A DNA stretch of 37,056 nt from NCBI GenBank assembly GCA_016204125.1, contig JACQLI010000007.1:1-37056 (forward strand), written 5' to 3'. The DNA is from Candidatus Omnitrophota bacterium (GTDB lineage: Bacteria > Omnitrophota > Omnitrophia > Omnitrophales > JACQLI01). The first letter of the stretch is position 1; the number at the start of each line of letters is the position of its first letter. Below the pieces are notes generated by a model. The model had not been told where the DNA came from. It made no database searches and saw only the letters and a program-made list of their open reading frames with translations. Shown piece by piece: positions 1-10,334 of this stretch. A program made the translations under genes and the position numbers.

Positions 1-381
1 ATAGAGGAGCAAAGGAGATGGAAAAAATTGAAAAGTGAAGCTGAGCATGCTTGCCAAAACGAGATTGGCCAAAGGACCTGCCAAAGCCACCCAAATCATG
101 TCACGCTTTGGATTTCTCAAGTTCAAGAAATTTACAGGAACAGGCTTAGCCATACCGATCGCAAACGCACCCTTAGTTGATAGAAAGAGAAGGCCTGGCA
201 AAAGAATCGTCCAAAAGGGATCGATATGCCTTAAAGGATTGAGGGAGAGTCTGCCCGCCATCCGAGCTGTAGAGTCACCTAGTTTATCCGCGAGTAGCCC
301 GTGACAATACTCGTGAATGGTTACAGTCACAAGAAAAATGACCATTCCTATGAGAATAAAGAGAACGCTCGTCAATTCCAT
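1..381 (-). CDS. Site-2 protease (peptidase M50) family membrane zinc metalloprotease, 3' end runs off the window
   Basis: Absent from the ORF track. Manual translation from ATG at 381 gives MELTSVLFILIGMVIFLVTVTIHEYCHGLLADKLGDSTARMAGRLSLNPLRHIDPFWT...AKPVPVN...VALAGPLANL, which contains HExxH, GRLSLNPLxHID and AGPxxN, all typical of M50. The frame is open to position 1. Confidence 0.92.
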   Translation of the reverse strand, partial: MELTSVLFILIGMVIFLVTVTIHEYCHGLLADKLGDSTARMAGRLSLNPLRHIDPFWTILLPGLLFLSTKGAFAIGMAKPVPVNFLNLRNPKRDMIWVALAGPLANLVLASMLSFTFQFFPSPLLLY

Positions 382-384
382 GAT

Positions 385-1461
385 TTAACTGTTCATCAAT
401 ACTTCTTTCGCGAGAAAAAAATAGGCAACGAAAACCGAATTATGCACAATGTGAAGGGCGATGGACGGAACAAGAGTTCCCCTTTTCTCATAGAGATAGC
501 CAAGGATAAGACCAAGAAGAAAGATAGGCAGAAAAGCAAAAGTATTCTGGTGAATAAGGCCGAAGAAAGCTGAACTCAAAATAAGTCCCCAAGTGACACC
601 CCACCGACTCTTTAAAGCAGGATAAAGGAAACCTCGGAAAAAAATTTCCTCTAGGAAGGGGCCTGTAACACAAGCTAAAAAGATCGAGTATGCAATCAGC
701 GCTGGAGAGCGTGCCTCTTCTTCCAGAAAAACCTCCACCAACGGATGAGGAGGCGGTTCGTAATGAAAGATGCTTGCCCAAAGCACAACCGCTACTAAAA
801 TGAGAAGAAAAAAAGGTAGAATGGCAAGATAACCTACAAGCCCGACCCGAATATCTTTCAAAATTCGGATTTCGTGAAACCCAAGGTCCCTCCAGTTTCC
901 TCCTGCCCGGTGAACGAAATAAACCACCAGAGCAATACAAAGAATATCAGAAAGAGTAGTGTGGAAGAGAAGGAAGAAGTTAGGGCTTATCGAAGACCGA
1001 GTAGCGTATCGAAGAAACGATAAGACGATGTTCAGACTCAGAGTGATAAGAAAGAAAAGTAAGATGACTTTGAAGATGGTGCTGAGCGTCCAGCCTCTGG
1101 CCTGTGGAGGACCATGGATTGTCAGAAGACCCGTCCGCCACTGGGGTCGGGATACCCAAAGAAAATCTATAATTATTCCGCCAACAATGCCCACCATAAG
1201 AAAAAAACTAAAAAGATTGAACGCAAGAAAAAGTTTCGGTTTCCTAGCCAAAATTTGCTCGATCCCTCCTTGGGCGCGAATTTCCTGCATGAGCCTCTTT
1301 TCGGCGGCCTGAAGTTTCTCAACAGCAGGAGACGTTGATTGCTCTTCAGAACTTTGCTTCCAAAGAAGGATCAGGACATAACTTACGATGACGAAAAGAA
1401 AAAGGACAGACCAGACACGTTCTTTGACAAAGAAATTCCTTGTATCTGTTAAAAGACTCAT
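385..1461 (-). CDS. CPBP (Abi/CAAX, Rce1-like) intramembrane glutamic endopeptidase with N-terminal extension
   Basis: Multi-TM protein with EEIFFRG, FGLIH and HIVHN motifs. Confidence 0.9.
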   Translation of the reverse strand: MSLLTDTRNFFVKERVWSVLFLFVIVSYVLILLWKQSSEEQSTSPAVEKLQAAEKRLMQEIRAQGGIEQILARKPKLFLAFNLFSFFLMVGIVGGIIIDFLWVSRPQWRTGLLTIHGPPQARGWTLSTIFKVILLFFLITLSLNIVLSFLRYATRSSISPNFFLLFHTTLSDILCIALVVYFVHRAGGNWRDLGFHEIRILKDIRVGLVGYLAILPFFLLILVAVVLWASIFHYEPPPHPLVEVFLEEEARSPALIAYSIFLACVTGPFLEEIFFRGFLYPALKSRWGVTWGLILSSAFFGLIHQNTFAFLPIFLLGLILGYLYEKRGTLVPSIALHIVHNSVFVAYFFLAKEVLMNS

Positions 1462-2222
1462 AGGCTAAAAATCCTTTTGGCGTTCTCAGTGGTCATTTCG
1501 CCAAGTTTCTCAAGAGAAATTTTCTTAAGCTGGGCTCCAAGCTGGGCTGTTTCTATGAGAAAACCTGATTCATTTCTCTTCCCCCGCATGGATTGAGGAG
1601 GCAGAAAAGGTGCATCGGTTTCCAAAAGCAATCGATCGAGGGGACATGCCTGAAAAGCTTCCCGCAGCGTGTCATTCTTTTTATAAGTCAGGGGTCCTGC
1701 AAAAGAGATATGAAATCCCAGATCGAGAAACTCTTTCATGGTTTCCTTATCTGAGGAAAAACAATGCAAAATCCCTTTGGCAGATTGACCAAGCTCTGAT
1801 TTCACCTGCTCTTTCATTTCTTTATAGGCGTCTCGAATGTGAAGGATAAGAGTCTTTTTTGTCTTCTTGTAGAAATCGAAGAAACGGCTCAAAACCTTTT
1901 TTTGTATCTCGGGGGGTGAAAGATTTCGGAAAAAATCGAGTCCCACTTCACCGATCGCAACAACCTTGCGTTTCTCCAAGAGCTCCGCAAGGCCACGGAA
2001 ATCTTCTTCTTTGGCATCCTTCGCATCGTGAGGATGAATGCCAACCGTTGCATAAATATCTTCATTTTCTTCGGCGAGTTTGAGCGATTCTTCGGAACTT
2101 TTAAGATCTGTTCCCACATTAATAAAAAGTTTGACCCCCGCATCCCTTGAACGCCGAATAACCTCTTGGCGGTCTCCGTTGTAATCAGGAAAGTGGAGAT
2201 GGACGTGCGTATCGACAAACAT
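1458..2222 (-). CDS. tatD: TatD family deoxyribonuclease
   Basis: DTHVHL, GIHPH, IGEVGLD, ILHCFS and ETDAPF motifs; follows metG. Confidence 0.95.
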   Translation of the reverse strand: MFVDTHVHLHFPDYNGDRQEVIRRSRDAGVKLFINVGTDLKSSEESLKLAEENEDIYATVGIHPHDAKDAKEEDFRGLAELLEKRKVVAIGEVGLDFFRNLSPPEIQKKVLSRFFDFYKKTKKTLILHIRDAYKEMKEQVKSELGQSAKGILHCFSSDKETMKEFLDLGFHISFAGPLTYKKNDTLREAFQACPLDRLLLETDAPFLPPQSMRGKRNESGFLIETAQLGAQLKKISLEKLGEMTTENAKRIFSL

Positions 2223-3763
2223 TAGGAAGCTATCTTTTCCTCATCGAGGCGTGGAAAAAGAGCTGATCCTCTTTCCATCGTCATTCCAGGCTTGAGAAAA
2301 GGAGTCAAGAATTCGTTTTCTTTCTTGAGGATCCAATCGCTCTTTAATCCCAATCGTTTCAGAATCTCTTTGGCCGTAACCGGCGTAAGGAAAAGTAAGA
2401 GGACTGCAATGTGGGCAATCCATTCCGCTAAAAAGGCAAGCGTATCCCCTAATTCCCCTTTTTTGGAAGCATCCTTCGCGAGAACCCATGGTTTTTTCTC
2501 TTCGATCTTTTGATTGAGAAGGGTAACAACCTCAAAAATAGCCGTGAGGGCCGTTCTGGGATCATACTGCGACATCGCATCCGTTACTTTTTTCAACAAA
2601 TCTTGAATCGATTCCTTGGGAAAGGCTTTGGCGCTATGATCGGGAATCTTTCCGCCAAAATACTTATCCAACATCGAAACCAGACGAAACCAAAGATTTC
2701 CCAAGTCATTGGCCAAGTCTGTCGTGTAGCGTTCAGCCAAGAGGTCCTCCGAAAAAGCACCATCAAGACCAACTGTTACTTCATGCAAAAGGAAATAACG
2801 AAACGCGTCCACGCTGTATTTCTTACAAAGCTCTACAGGATCCACAATATTACCCCTTGATTTAGAAACCTTTGCGCCAGACATCGTCCACCAGCCGTGC
2901 GCGATAACGGTCTTGGGCATTTCAATGCCACAGGCTTTCAGCATGCACGGCCAATAAACAGCGTGCTGGCGAAGGATATCTTTACCAACCATATGAACAT
3001 CCGCAGGCCAATAAGTCTTGAATCTTTTATCCTCCGTGGTGTATCCCACAGCGCTGACGTAATTGATCAAGGCATCAAACCAAACATAGACGATGTGTTC
3101 CTTGGATGTGGGGTAATCAATACCCCATGCGAGTCGCGATCTGGGTCTTGTAATGCACAAATCTTCAAGCGGTTCTCTTAAGAAACCCAGGATCTCATTT
3201 TTACGAATCTCGGGTTTGATGAAATCAGGGTGCGATTTAATGTAATCAATAAGCCATTTCTGGTATTTCGACATTTTGAAGAAGTAGTTGTCTTCACTCA
3301 GTTCTTGAACGTCGCGCTTACAGTCGGGACATTTCCCCTCCACCAGTTGAAGCTTGGTCCAAAACGATTCACAGGGTGTGCAGTACCATCCTTTGTAGCT
3401 TGCCTTATAAATCTCACCTCGCGCCTCAAGGTCTCTCAAAATATTCCCCACAGCCTTTTTGTGGCCTTCGTCCGTCGTACGGATAAAATAGTCGTATTCA
3501 ATCCCTAGCAGTTTCCAGAGATCTTTGAAATGCGGTGCCATTTCATCCGCATATTGCCTGGGTTCTTTATTTTGTTCACGCGCTGCCTTCTCGATTTTCG
3601 TGCCATGCTCATCAGTACCTGTCAGAAAGAAGACCTCCTCTCCTCGGAAACGATGGTATCTCGCAAAGGTATCGCAAAGGATATTCGTGTAGGCATGCCC
3701 GATGTGGGGCTTCGCATTGACGTAATAAAGGGGGGTGGTGATGTAAAAAGGCTTACTTGGCAT
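2222..3763 (-). CDS. metG: Methionine--tRNA ligase (short form, no C-terminal tRNA-binding domain)
   Basis: YITTPLYYVN, HIGH, GTDEHG, Zn knuckle CxxC...CxxC, YVWFDAL and KVSKS. Confidence 0.97.
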   Translation of the reverse strand: MPSKPFYITTPLYYVNAKPHIGHAYTNILCDTFARYHRFRGEEVFFLTGTDEHGTKIEKAAREQNKEPRQYADEMAPHFKDLWKLLGIEYDYFIRTTDEGHKKAVGNILRDLEARGEIYKASYKGWYCTPCESFWTKLQLVEGKCPDCKRDVQELSEDNYFFKMSKYQKWLIDYIKSHPDFIKPEIRKNEILGFLREPLEDLCITRPRSRLAWGIDYPTSKEHIVYVWFDALINYVSAVGYTTEDKRFKTYWPADVHMVGKDILRQHAVYWPCMLKACGIEMPKTVIAHGWWTMSGAKVSKSRGNIVDPVELCKKYSVDAFRYFLLHEVTVGLDGAFSEDLLAERYTTDLANDLGNLWFRLVSMLDKYFGGKIPDHSAKAFPKESIQDLLKKVTDAMSQYDPRTALTAIFEVVTLLNQKIEEKKPWVLAKDASKKGELGDTLAFLAEWIAHIAVLLLFLTPVTAKEILKRLGLKSDWILKKENEFLTPFLKPGMTMERGSALFPRLDEEKIAS

Positions 3764-4538
3764 TCAAGATGTTTCCAAAGGCAATCTCAAGATGAGTCAG
3801 AGAAAGTTTCTGGTTGGTATTGGCTTCGATCGCTTCTTTTGTCTCGTAAATCTTATCGAGCGCTTCAAGATACCTTTTTGACCGCTCAGGATTTGTCTCC
3901 CAATTGGAAACGAAACAGTTGATGAAGTGAGCCATTAATGCTTCGAGATCTTCTGCCAACTCTTGTCGCGTATCTTCACGCAATCTCTCAAAGGCCGCTC
4001 TCCACCCTCTTTCTTCAAGTAAACGAATCAATGCAACTTCTTCAATGTCTCTCTCGGACCCTGGCGGAACTCGGATTTCAAACGATCTTGATTGAATCGT
4101 CTGAAGGAGGTGCGCCTTATTCTCAACGAGGAGAATGAAAACGGAGTTCTCGGGCGGCTCTTCGAAGGTCTTGAGAAGAGCGTTCGCTCCCTCAAGCGTC
4201 AGTCTCTCAGCCCCTAAAAGTATAAAAACTTTCCAACGCCCTTCATAGGGCTTGAGTGACGCTTCATGAATAATGGCCCTCGCATCCTCAATCTTAAGGG
4301 ATCTTGTTTTCTCATCTTCACCGTAAAGCCTCACGTCGGGATGAACTCGCCTCTCAATCTTCTGGCAGCTCACGCAACCGCACTCTTTAAAAACAGACCC
4401 TCTTTCACAATTAAGCGACTTGGCAAACGCCAGCGCAAGTTCCAGCTTTCTCAGGTCATTAGGGCCTGTGAAAAGATAAGTATGCGCAATGCGATTTCTC
4501 TTAAGATGGGCTGTGAGATGAGGACTAGAAACGGGCAT
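3753..4538 (-). CDS. holB: DNA polymerase III subunit delta'
   Basis: AHTYLFxG, Cys cluster (C...CGCVSC), HPD, ANALLKTFEEPP and TIQSR; directly downstream of tmk. Confidence 0.9.
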   Translation of the reverse strand: MPVSSPHLTAHLKRNRIAHTYLFTGPNDLRKLELALAFAKSLNCERGSVFKECGCVSCQKIERRVHPDVRLYGEDEKTRSLKIEDARAIIHEASLKPYEGRWKVFILLGAERLTLEGANALLKTFEEPPENSVFILLVENKAHLLQTIQSRSFEIRVPPGSERDIEEVALIRLLEERGWRAAFERLREDTRQELAEDLEALMAHFINCFVSNWETNPERSKRYLEALDKIYETKEAIEANTNQKLSLTHLEIAFGNILNAK

Positions 4539-5148
4539 CGAGTACCTTCATGATCTTTTTCTGAACTTCCTTAATCGATTCTTTTGAAGAGAGTATGACA
4601 AATCGTCTAGCATTCCGCTTGGCCAAAGTAAGAAAGCCTCTTCTGACTCGCTTATGGAAGGAGAGCGATTTCTTTTCAATGCGGTCATTACGTCCACTTC
4701 TTTTCAAACCTTGTTTTGTATCAACATCAAGAAGAAAGGTTAGGTAAGGAATCGAACCTCCTCGCACAAAGCGATTGAATGGTTCTATTGCTCGAAGCGG
4801 GATCCCCCCTCCAAAACTTTGATAGGCAAGGGTAGAATCCTCGTAACGATCGAGAATCACGACTTTTCCTTTTTTGAGAGCGGGTTCAATTCTTTCCCGG
4901 ACAAGCTGCGCTCTTGCGGCAAGGTAAAGCAGAAGTTCTGTTTCGACTTCCATTTCTTTTAAGGTTTTATCGAGAAGAATTCGGCGAATTGCCTCGCTCG
5001 TAGCCGTGCCGCCTGGCTCGCGAAGAATGACAACAGAATATCCCCTTTTTTTCAGAAGGCGAGACGCAAAGCGGATCTGCGTACTCTTCCCACTCCCCTC
5101 CGCCCCTTCAAAAGTAATAAGATATCCCTTCTTTAAACTTTTTCCCAT
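4525..5148 (-). CDS. tmk: Thymidylate kinase
   Basis: ITFEGAEGSGKST P-loop, REPGGT and DRY...AYQ. Confidence 0.97.
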   Translation of the reverse strand: MGKSLKKGYLITFEGAEGSGKSTQIRFASRLLKKRGYSVVILREPGGTATSEAIRRILLDKTLKEMEVETELLLYLAARAQLVRERIEPALKKGKVVILDRYEDSTLAYQSFGGGIPLRAIEPFNRFVRGGSIPYLTFLLDVDTKQGLKRSGRNDRIEKKSLSFHKRVRRGFLTLAKRNARRFVILSSKESIKEVQKKIMKVLDARF

Positions 5149-6617
5149 GCCCTTCTCTTTTTCTGAAGAGTCGAGGGTTCCCCTGGACGTCCATCCTTAA
5201 CAATCCAGCCAAGACTCTCTATTTTCGCACGCAAATCATCGGCGAGCTGTTGCAATGTCTTATCTTTGATAAACCTGGGATCACGCCGAAAAGTCGATCT
5301 CTGTTCGTAGTACTTGAATACATCGGGAGGCAAAGCTTCTTGCTCTGTAATTTTTAGACCTAGCAATCGGTCGACCCGTTTAAAGAAATCGATTGCTTCC
5401 TTTAAGCTTTTTTCCTCTAACAACTTTTTGGAAAGGCAAAAATTAATTAGTTTTAGAGCATCGAATACTTCGGCCAACGCAACTGAAATGTTCAAGTCAT
5501 TTTCAAGAGCTTGTTCTATCCTCGCTCTAGCGTCTGGCAAGCACGAACACAAATTGACATTCCAGTTAGTTAAGTCTTCTACTTTAACCTTATAACCGAT
5601 CCCAAAAACATTTAGATGAAGACAATGAGCATAGCAACTAGTCAATCTTTCAACCGCTTCGCCAGCGCTTTTAACTCCTTCCAAAGTAAAATTAAGCGGC
5701 GTCCGATAATGTGTCGAGAGAAGAACGTATCGAATCGTCATCGGATCGTGTCCTTTTGTGAGCAAGTCTCTGAGGGTATAGAAATTTCCTTTGGATTTGG
5801 ACATCTTTTCGCCATTCACAAGAAGAAATTTACAGTGGAGCCAGTATTTTACGAAAGGTTTTCCTGTCGCTCCTTCAGACTGAGCAATTTCATTCTCGTG
5901 ATGTGGAAAAATGAGATCTTCTCCTCCTGCGTGAATATCAAAGGTTTCTCCAAGATATTTCATGCTCATGGCAGAACACTCGATATGCCAACCCGGTCTC
6001 CCCTTTCCCCAAGGTGAATCCCAGGCAGGCTCTTCTTCCTTTGCCTTCTTCCAAAGAGCGAAGTCTGCCCCATCCTCCTTCTCGTAAGCATCCACATCGA
6101 CCCGTACACCTTGGATATTTTTATCAAGCTTCTTTTTCGAAAGTTTTCCGTAAGAAGGGAACGCGGTTACACGATAATAGACCGACCCATCGTTCACATA
6201 AGCCGTTCCTTTTTTCACGAGCTTTTCAATAAGCTCAATCATTGCTGGAATTTCTTGGGTAGCTCGAGGTTGATCCTTCGGATAATTGGCTGGCAAAATA
6301 TTAAGTGCCTGTAAATCTTCACGAAAGGCTCGGGTATAAGTTTCAGTAAACTCGCCGAGCTTCTTTTTCTCTCGATTAGCTCCAGCAATCGTCTTATCAT
6401 CCACATCCGTAATATTCATCACATGCTTAACCTTGTACCCCTTGTATTCCAGAAAACGACGCAATAAATCTTCAAAAATAAAGGCCCTGAAATTTCCAAT
6501 ATGGGCGTAATCATAAACAGTGGGACCGCACGTGTACATTCCCACCTCTTTTTCCTTCTCCTGAAGGGGTCTGAATTCCTCTGTCTTGCCTGATAAGGTG
6601 TTAAAAAATCGGATCAT
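5133..6617 (-). CDS. cysS: Cysteine--tRNA ligase
   Basis: [35 protein letters not shown] and KMSKS; C-terminal third is divergent. Confidence 0.97.
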   Translation of the reverse strand: MIRFFNTLSGKTEEFRPLQEKEKEVGMYTCGPTVYDYAHIGNFRAFIFEDLLRRFLEYKGYKVKHVMNITDVDDKTIAGANREKKKLGEFTETYTRAFREDLQALNILPANYPKDQPRATQEIPAMIELIEKLVKKGTAYVNDGSVYYRVTAFPSYGKLSKKKLDKNIQGVRVDVDAYEKEDGADFALWKKAKEEEPAWDSPWGKGRPGWHIECSAMSMKYLGETFDIHAGGEDLIFPHHENEIAQSEGATGKPFVKYWLHCKFLLVNGEKMSKSKGNFYTLRDLLTKGHDPMTIRYVLLSTHYRTPLNFTLEGVKSAGEAVERLTSCYAHCLHLNVFGIGYKVKVEDLTNWNVNLCSCLPDARARIEQALENDLNISVALAEVFDALKLINFCLSKKLLEEKSLKEAIDFFKRVDRLLGLKITEQEALPPDVFKYYEQRSTFRRDPRFIKDKTLQQLADDLRAKIESLGWIVKDGRPGEPSTLQKKRRAWEKV

Positions 6618-8065
6618 AATTGCCCACTACTAAGCTTGGAAACAAATGTAAATCTTCTCTGAAGGTCCTTTCTGCGGAGAATTTCAAATATTCTTTTGAG
6701 CTCCGTCCCGTGCGACTTTCTTGTAAGAGACATGCGCCAAGGTAGAAAAATATCTTTCCCTTTCATTCCTGTGTCTTTTCCAACCTTCTCAACTAATTCT
6801 TTATATAACTGTTCTCCTTCAGAATTCAAAAGAGTTATGGTGCTAGATGTAGACGCTGTCACTCTTTGTGCAGATGGATTTGTCAGGATCCGATACAAAT
6901 CTGTTTTCTTTTTAAATTCTTCTTCAAGTTTTCTCTCATATTCTGCTTCGGCCTCTAAAAAAGTGAGGACATCGACTAACTCACCAAGTGTGTGTATATC
7001 TCGTTTGAATAATAACAATGCCTTTTCAAGTTTCATTGTGTCATCAATGTTAAAATTATTCTCTTTTAAAAAAGTGCAAGCAACTTTTAAATAAGCTTGC
7101 TCTCCCATAGCCTTAATATGTTCACTATTTACCCAATCCAGTTTCTTTGGGTCATAATTGGAGGCGGATTTGTTCACCTGTTTGAGGTCGAATGCTTTCT
7201 GGAGTTTATCCCAGCTAAAAATTTCGCAGTTGTCTCCTGGGGCCCAGCCTAACAGTGCGATATAGTTTGCCAACGCTTGCGGCAAGTAACCTCTTCTTCG
7301 AAACTCCCGTACGGAAACCGATTCAAGACGTTTTGACAAAGGCTCACCTCCAGGACCATGAATCAGTGACAGGTGGCCATACTGAGGCGGCTTAAACCCC
7401 ATCGCCTGAAGGAGGAGAATGTGCTTGGGTGTATTCGAAAGGTGGTCTTCTCCTCGAATCACATGAGTGATCTCCATGAGTCCATCATCGACACAGACTG
7501 CCAAATGAAAGGTTGGAATTCCATCAGAGCGTTGAATCACAAAGTCCCCTACCATCTCATCCAAATTAAAGGAAACCTCACCCCGAATAAGATCATGCAT
7601 AGTGAGTTGGGGATTTTCGATCTTGAAACGAACTGTCGGCTTGATCCCGCGAGCCTTTCTTTTTTCGATTTCTTCCTTCGTGAAAAAACGGCCGCGGTTA
7701 TCAAAGCGGGGCGGTTTTCTCTCAAGGTGAGCGATCCGTCTTATTTCCTCAATCTCTTCCTCGGTAACATAGCAAGGGTAGGCTTTCCCTTCTTCGATCA
7801 GTTTGCTGATGTACTTCTGATAGATATCAAGTCGTTTGGACTGCTCATAAGGACCTTCGTCCCACTGAATTTCCATCCAAGAAAGGTCTTCCAGCGCTGC
7901 CTCTTGGTATTCAGGACGGCATCTCTCTTTGTCGGTGTCTTCAATTCTTAAAATAAATGTTCCCCCTTCTTTCCTCGCAAAGAGGTAATTGAAAAGCGCC
8001 GTACGGATGTTCCCGATATGCAAGTATCCTGTTGGAGATGGGGCAAATCTAACGCGAACCATCAA
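6614..8065 (-). CDS. gltX: Glutamate--tRNA ligase
   Basis: RFAPSPTGYLHIGN, RIEDTD, ITHVIRGEDH and LSKR. Confidence 0.96.
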   Translation of the reverse strand: MMVRVRFAPSPTGYLHIGNIRTALFNYLFARKEGGTFILRIEDTDKERCRPEYQEAALEDLSWMEIQWDEGPYEQSKRLDIYQKYISKLIEEGKAYPCYVTEEEIEEIRRIAHLERKPPRFDNRGRFFTKEEIEKRKARGIKPTVRFKIENPQLTMHDLIRGEVSFNLDEMVGDFVIQRSDGIPTFHLAVCVDDGLMEITHVIRGEDHLSNTPKHILLLQAMGFKPPQYGHLSLIHGPGGEPLSKRLESVSVREFRRRGYLPQALANYIALLGWAPGDNCEIFSWDKLQKAFDLKQVNKSASNYDPKKLDWVNSEHIKAMGEQAYLKVACTFLKENNFNIDDTMKLEKALLLFKRDIHTLGELVDVLTFLEAEAEYERKLEEEFKKKTDLYRILTNPSAQRVTASTSSTITLLNSEGEQLYKELVEKVGKDTGMKGKDIFLPWRMSLTRKSHGTELKRIFEILRRKDLQRRFTFVSKLSSGQL

Positions 8066-9249
8066 TGAACCTTCCGAAGGAGTGCGAGAGCTTCACAGGT
8101 CACGGCTAAACCCTGACCCACTGGACCAAGTCCTTCTTGTGTCTTGGCCTTAATGGAAACTGATTCAACAGAAATACCTAGGAGCTTCGCGACTTCTTGT
8201 TGAATCTTCTTCTTATGAGAGGCGAGCTTGGGCCTTTCAAGCAAGATCACTGTATCCACTCGATCGGGCTGCCAGCCTTTTTTTCTGACTTGCTGTAGGA
8301 TCTTCTTCACGAATTTTGAGCTTCGAACATTCTTAAAACGAGGGTTGCTCGGAGGAAACCAATCTCCAATATCGCCAAGGGCCAAAGCCCCAAGAAGAGC
8401 ATCGGCGATGGCATGCAGGAGTGCGTCGCCATCCGAATGGCCCAACGTACCCTTCTCAAAGGGAATGCGGACTCCACCCAGAAAAAATCGCCTTCCTGGG
8501 ACGAGTCGATGCGTATCACGACCGAACCCAATCGCTATCGATGAACTCCCTTTTCCCAGATAGGCCTCAGCCAGATGCAGATCTTGAGGGGTCGTTATTT
8601 TCACATTCCAATCTGAATGGGAGACAACCTTCATTTCTCCGCCTAACGATTCGATGAGACTCGATTCGTCAGTAGCAAGAAGGGCCTTTGGATTCTTTTG
8701 ATAGGCTTTGATGAGCGAGGACTTCCTTATAAGCTGTGGAGTTTCGGCCTCAAAAAGGTTCTCGCGGTCGACTGTGCCTATAATCTGATTGTTTTGTCGA
8801 GAAACTTTTTTGAGGGTAGGTACGACAGCTTTTGCAAGAATCGCTCCATCCAAGCCAGTACATCTTTTGAAGAGTTCCAGGATACCCTTCCTCGGTGGAA
8901 AAGGACGTGCACCGTCATGAACAAGAATCCATTCACTCCGAGGAGAAGTCTTCCTGAGTGCATTCCAGACCGATTCCGCTCGAGTTTTCCCGCCTTGGAT
9001 AAGGCGAATGGACACGTGACCGTTTCTTCCTTTCAGGATGTGATCTCGAATCCATTTTTCACTACCCTTGGGAACGGCTAGGAGGATTTCTCGAATTTGA
9101 GGAATCACCTCGAAAGAATCGAGCGTATAGGAAAGGATCGGCCTGCCGCTGAGATCGAGGAAGAGTTTGTTTGGGCGAGTCTTTGCTTTCAAACCTTTCT
9201 GAAATCGCTTGCCCTGCCCGCCTGCTGCAATGATGAGACTGACATTCAT
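8062..9249 (-). CDS. ispDF: Bifunctional IspD/IspF (MEP isoprenoid pathway)
   Basis: N-terminal AAGGxGxR, VHDGARP and KITTPxDL (IspD); C-terminal GxGxDxH, GHSDGDALLHA, GDIG and KAKT (IspF). Confidence 0.95.
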   Translation of the reverse strand: MNVSLIIAAGGQGKRFQKGLKAKTRPNKLFLDLSGRPILSYTLDSFEVIPQIREILLAVPKGSEKWIRDHILKGRNGHVSIRLIQGGKTRAESVWNALRKTSPRSEWILVHDGARPFPPRKGILELFKRCTGLDGAILAKAVVPTLKKVSRQNNQIIGTVDRENLFEAETPQLIRKSSLIKAYQKNPKALLATDESSLIESLGGEMKVVSHSDWNVKITTPQDLHLAEAYLGKGSSSIAIGFGRDTHRLVPGRRFFLGGVRIPFEKGTLGHSDGDALLHAIADALLGALALGDIGDWFPPSNPRFKNVRSSKFVKKILQQVRKKGWQPDRVDTVILLERPKLASHKKKIQQEVAKLLGISVESVSIKAKTQEGLGPVGQGLAVTCEALALLRKVH

Positions 9250-10307
9250 TATTGTTGCTGCGGTTGCTGCGACTGGCGCCTGCCCGTATCTTCTCCTTCA
9301 GAAGCTGGCTTAGCAAAAATCATGCGGCCTGCTTGAGTCTGCAACACGCTTGTGATCGCCACGTTGAGCGTCTGTCCGATTCTACGCCTGCCGTTATCCA
9401 CAACCACCATCGTTCCATCAGCGAGGTAAGCCACGCCTTGATCATGCTCCTTCCCTTCCTTGAGGATTTTGACCTGCATGACCTCTCCTGGCATGACCAC
9501 CGATTTCACCGCATTGGCCAAATCATTGATATTGAGAACCTTGACGCCCTGAAGTTCAGCCACCTTATTGAGGTTGTAGTCATTGGTAAAGACTTTTGCA
9601 TTAACAACCTGGGCAAGTTTGACGAGTTTTGCGTCAACGGTTGAAAATTCGGGAAAATCCATCTCTTGAATTTTGACATCAAGATTGGGATTTTTCTTGA
9701 TACGGTTCAAGATATCAAGACCTCTGCGCCCTCTGTTTCTCTTGAGGGGATCTGAGGAATCGGAAATAAGCTGTAGCTCTTTTAGAACAAATCGAGGAAG
9801 GACAAGGCGGCCGCTCAGAAAATGAGTCTCTGCGATATCAGCGATTCTGCCGTCGATAATCACGCTTGTGTCAAGAAGGATAAGCTCCTCGCCAGGAATC
9901 TTGCTCTCAAGCTTGACAAAAGGGATGAGGAGATTGAATTCATCCTGTCCGCGAAGAATCGTGACAGCACCCAAATAGCTAAATAGGAGCGCTGAAATAA
10001 TTCCCAACTGCTGCTTGACTTCATTCGAAACAGCTGCATAGTCTACCACCTTCATAAAGAGATGGTGCACAAGAAGCCCCAATGCGATACCAAGCAGAAC
10101 CGAGAGAATGTTTCGGACGGTGAATTTCTTAAAGAAGGCGTCGATAAGAAGCACGAGTACGGCAAAGCAAAGGCCGATCGCCCCGCCTATCCATGGCCCA
10201 TGCGGCAATTGAAACGGGAACAACCATTGGAATCCAGAAACATATCCTAAAAGGGTAAACAAAACTACGAATAAAATTCTTAATACGAGAATCATGGTAA
10301 TCACCAC
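9249..10307 (-). CDS. Membrane-anchored PIN/TRAM domain protein (YacL-like)
   Basis: N-terminal TM helices, [30 protein letters not shown] and TRAM motif GVAYLxDGTMVVV...QTxAGRMIFA. The start could be 10307 (GTG) or the nearby downstream ATG. Confidence 0.93.
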   Translation of the reverse strand: MVITMILVLRILFVVLFTLLGYVSGFQWLFPFQLPHGPWIGGAIGLCFAVLVLLIDAFFKKFTVRNILSVLLGIALGLLVHHLFMKVVDYAAVSNEVKQQLGIISALLFSYLGAVTILRGQDEFNLLIPFVKLESKIPGEELILLDTSVIIDGRIADIAETHFLSGRLVLPRFVLKELQLISDSSDPLKRNRGRRGLDILNRIKKNPNLDVKIQEMDFPEFSTVDAKLVKLAQVVNAKVFTNDYNLNKVAELQGVKVLNINDLANAVKSVVMPGEVMQVKILKEGKEHDQGVAYLADGTMVVVDNGRRRIGQTLNVAITSVLQTQAGRMIFAKPASEGEDTGRRQSQQPQQQ

Positions 10308-10334
10308 TTCCTTTCATTGTCTGATAAATATCTA

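Noticed and set aside
35-573. Plus-strand ORFs 35-304 and 301-573
   Set aside because: They are antisense shadows of the M50 and CPBP genes, which carry clear family motifs on the minus strand.
4440-4480. Degenerate P-loop (GPNDLRK) in holB suggesting a pseudogene
   Set aside because: Delta' is normally ATPase-inactive with a degenerate Walker A, and the ORF is intact.
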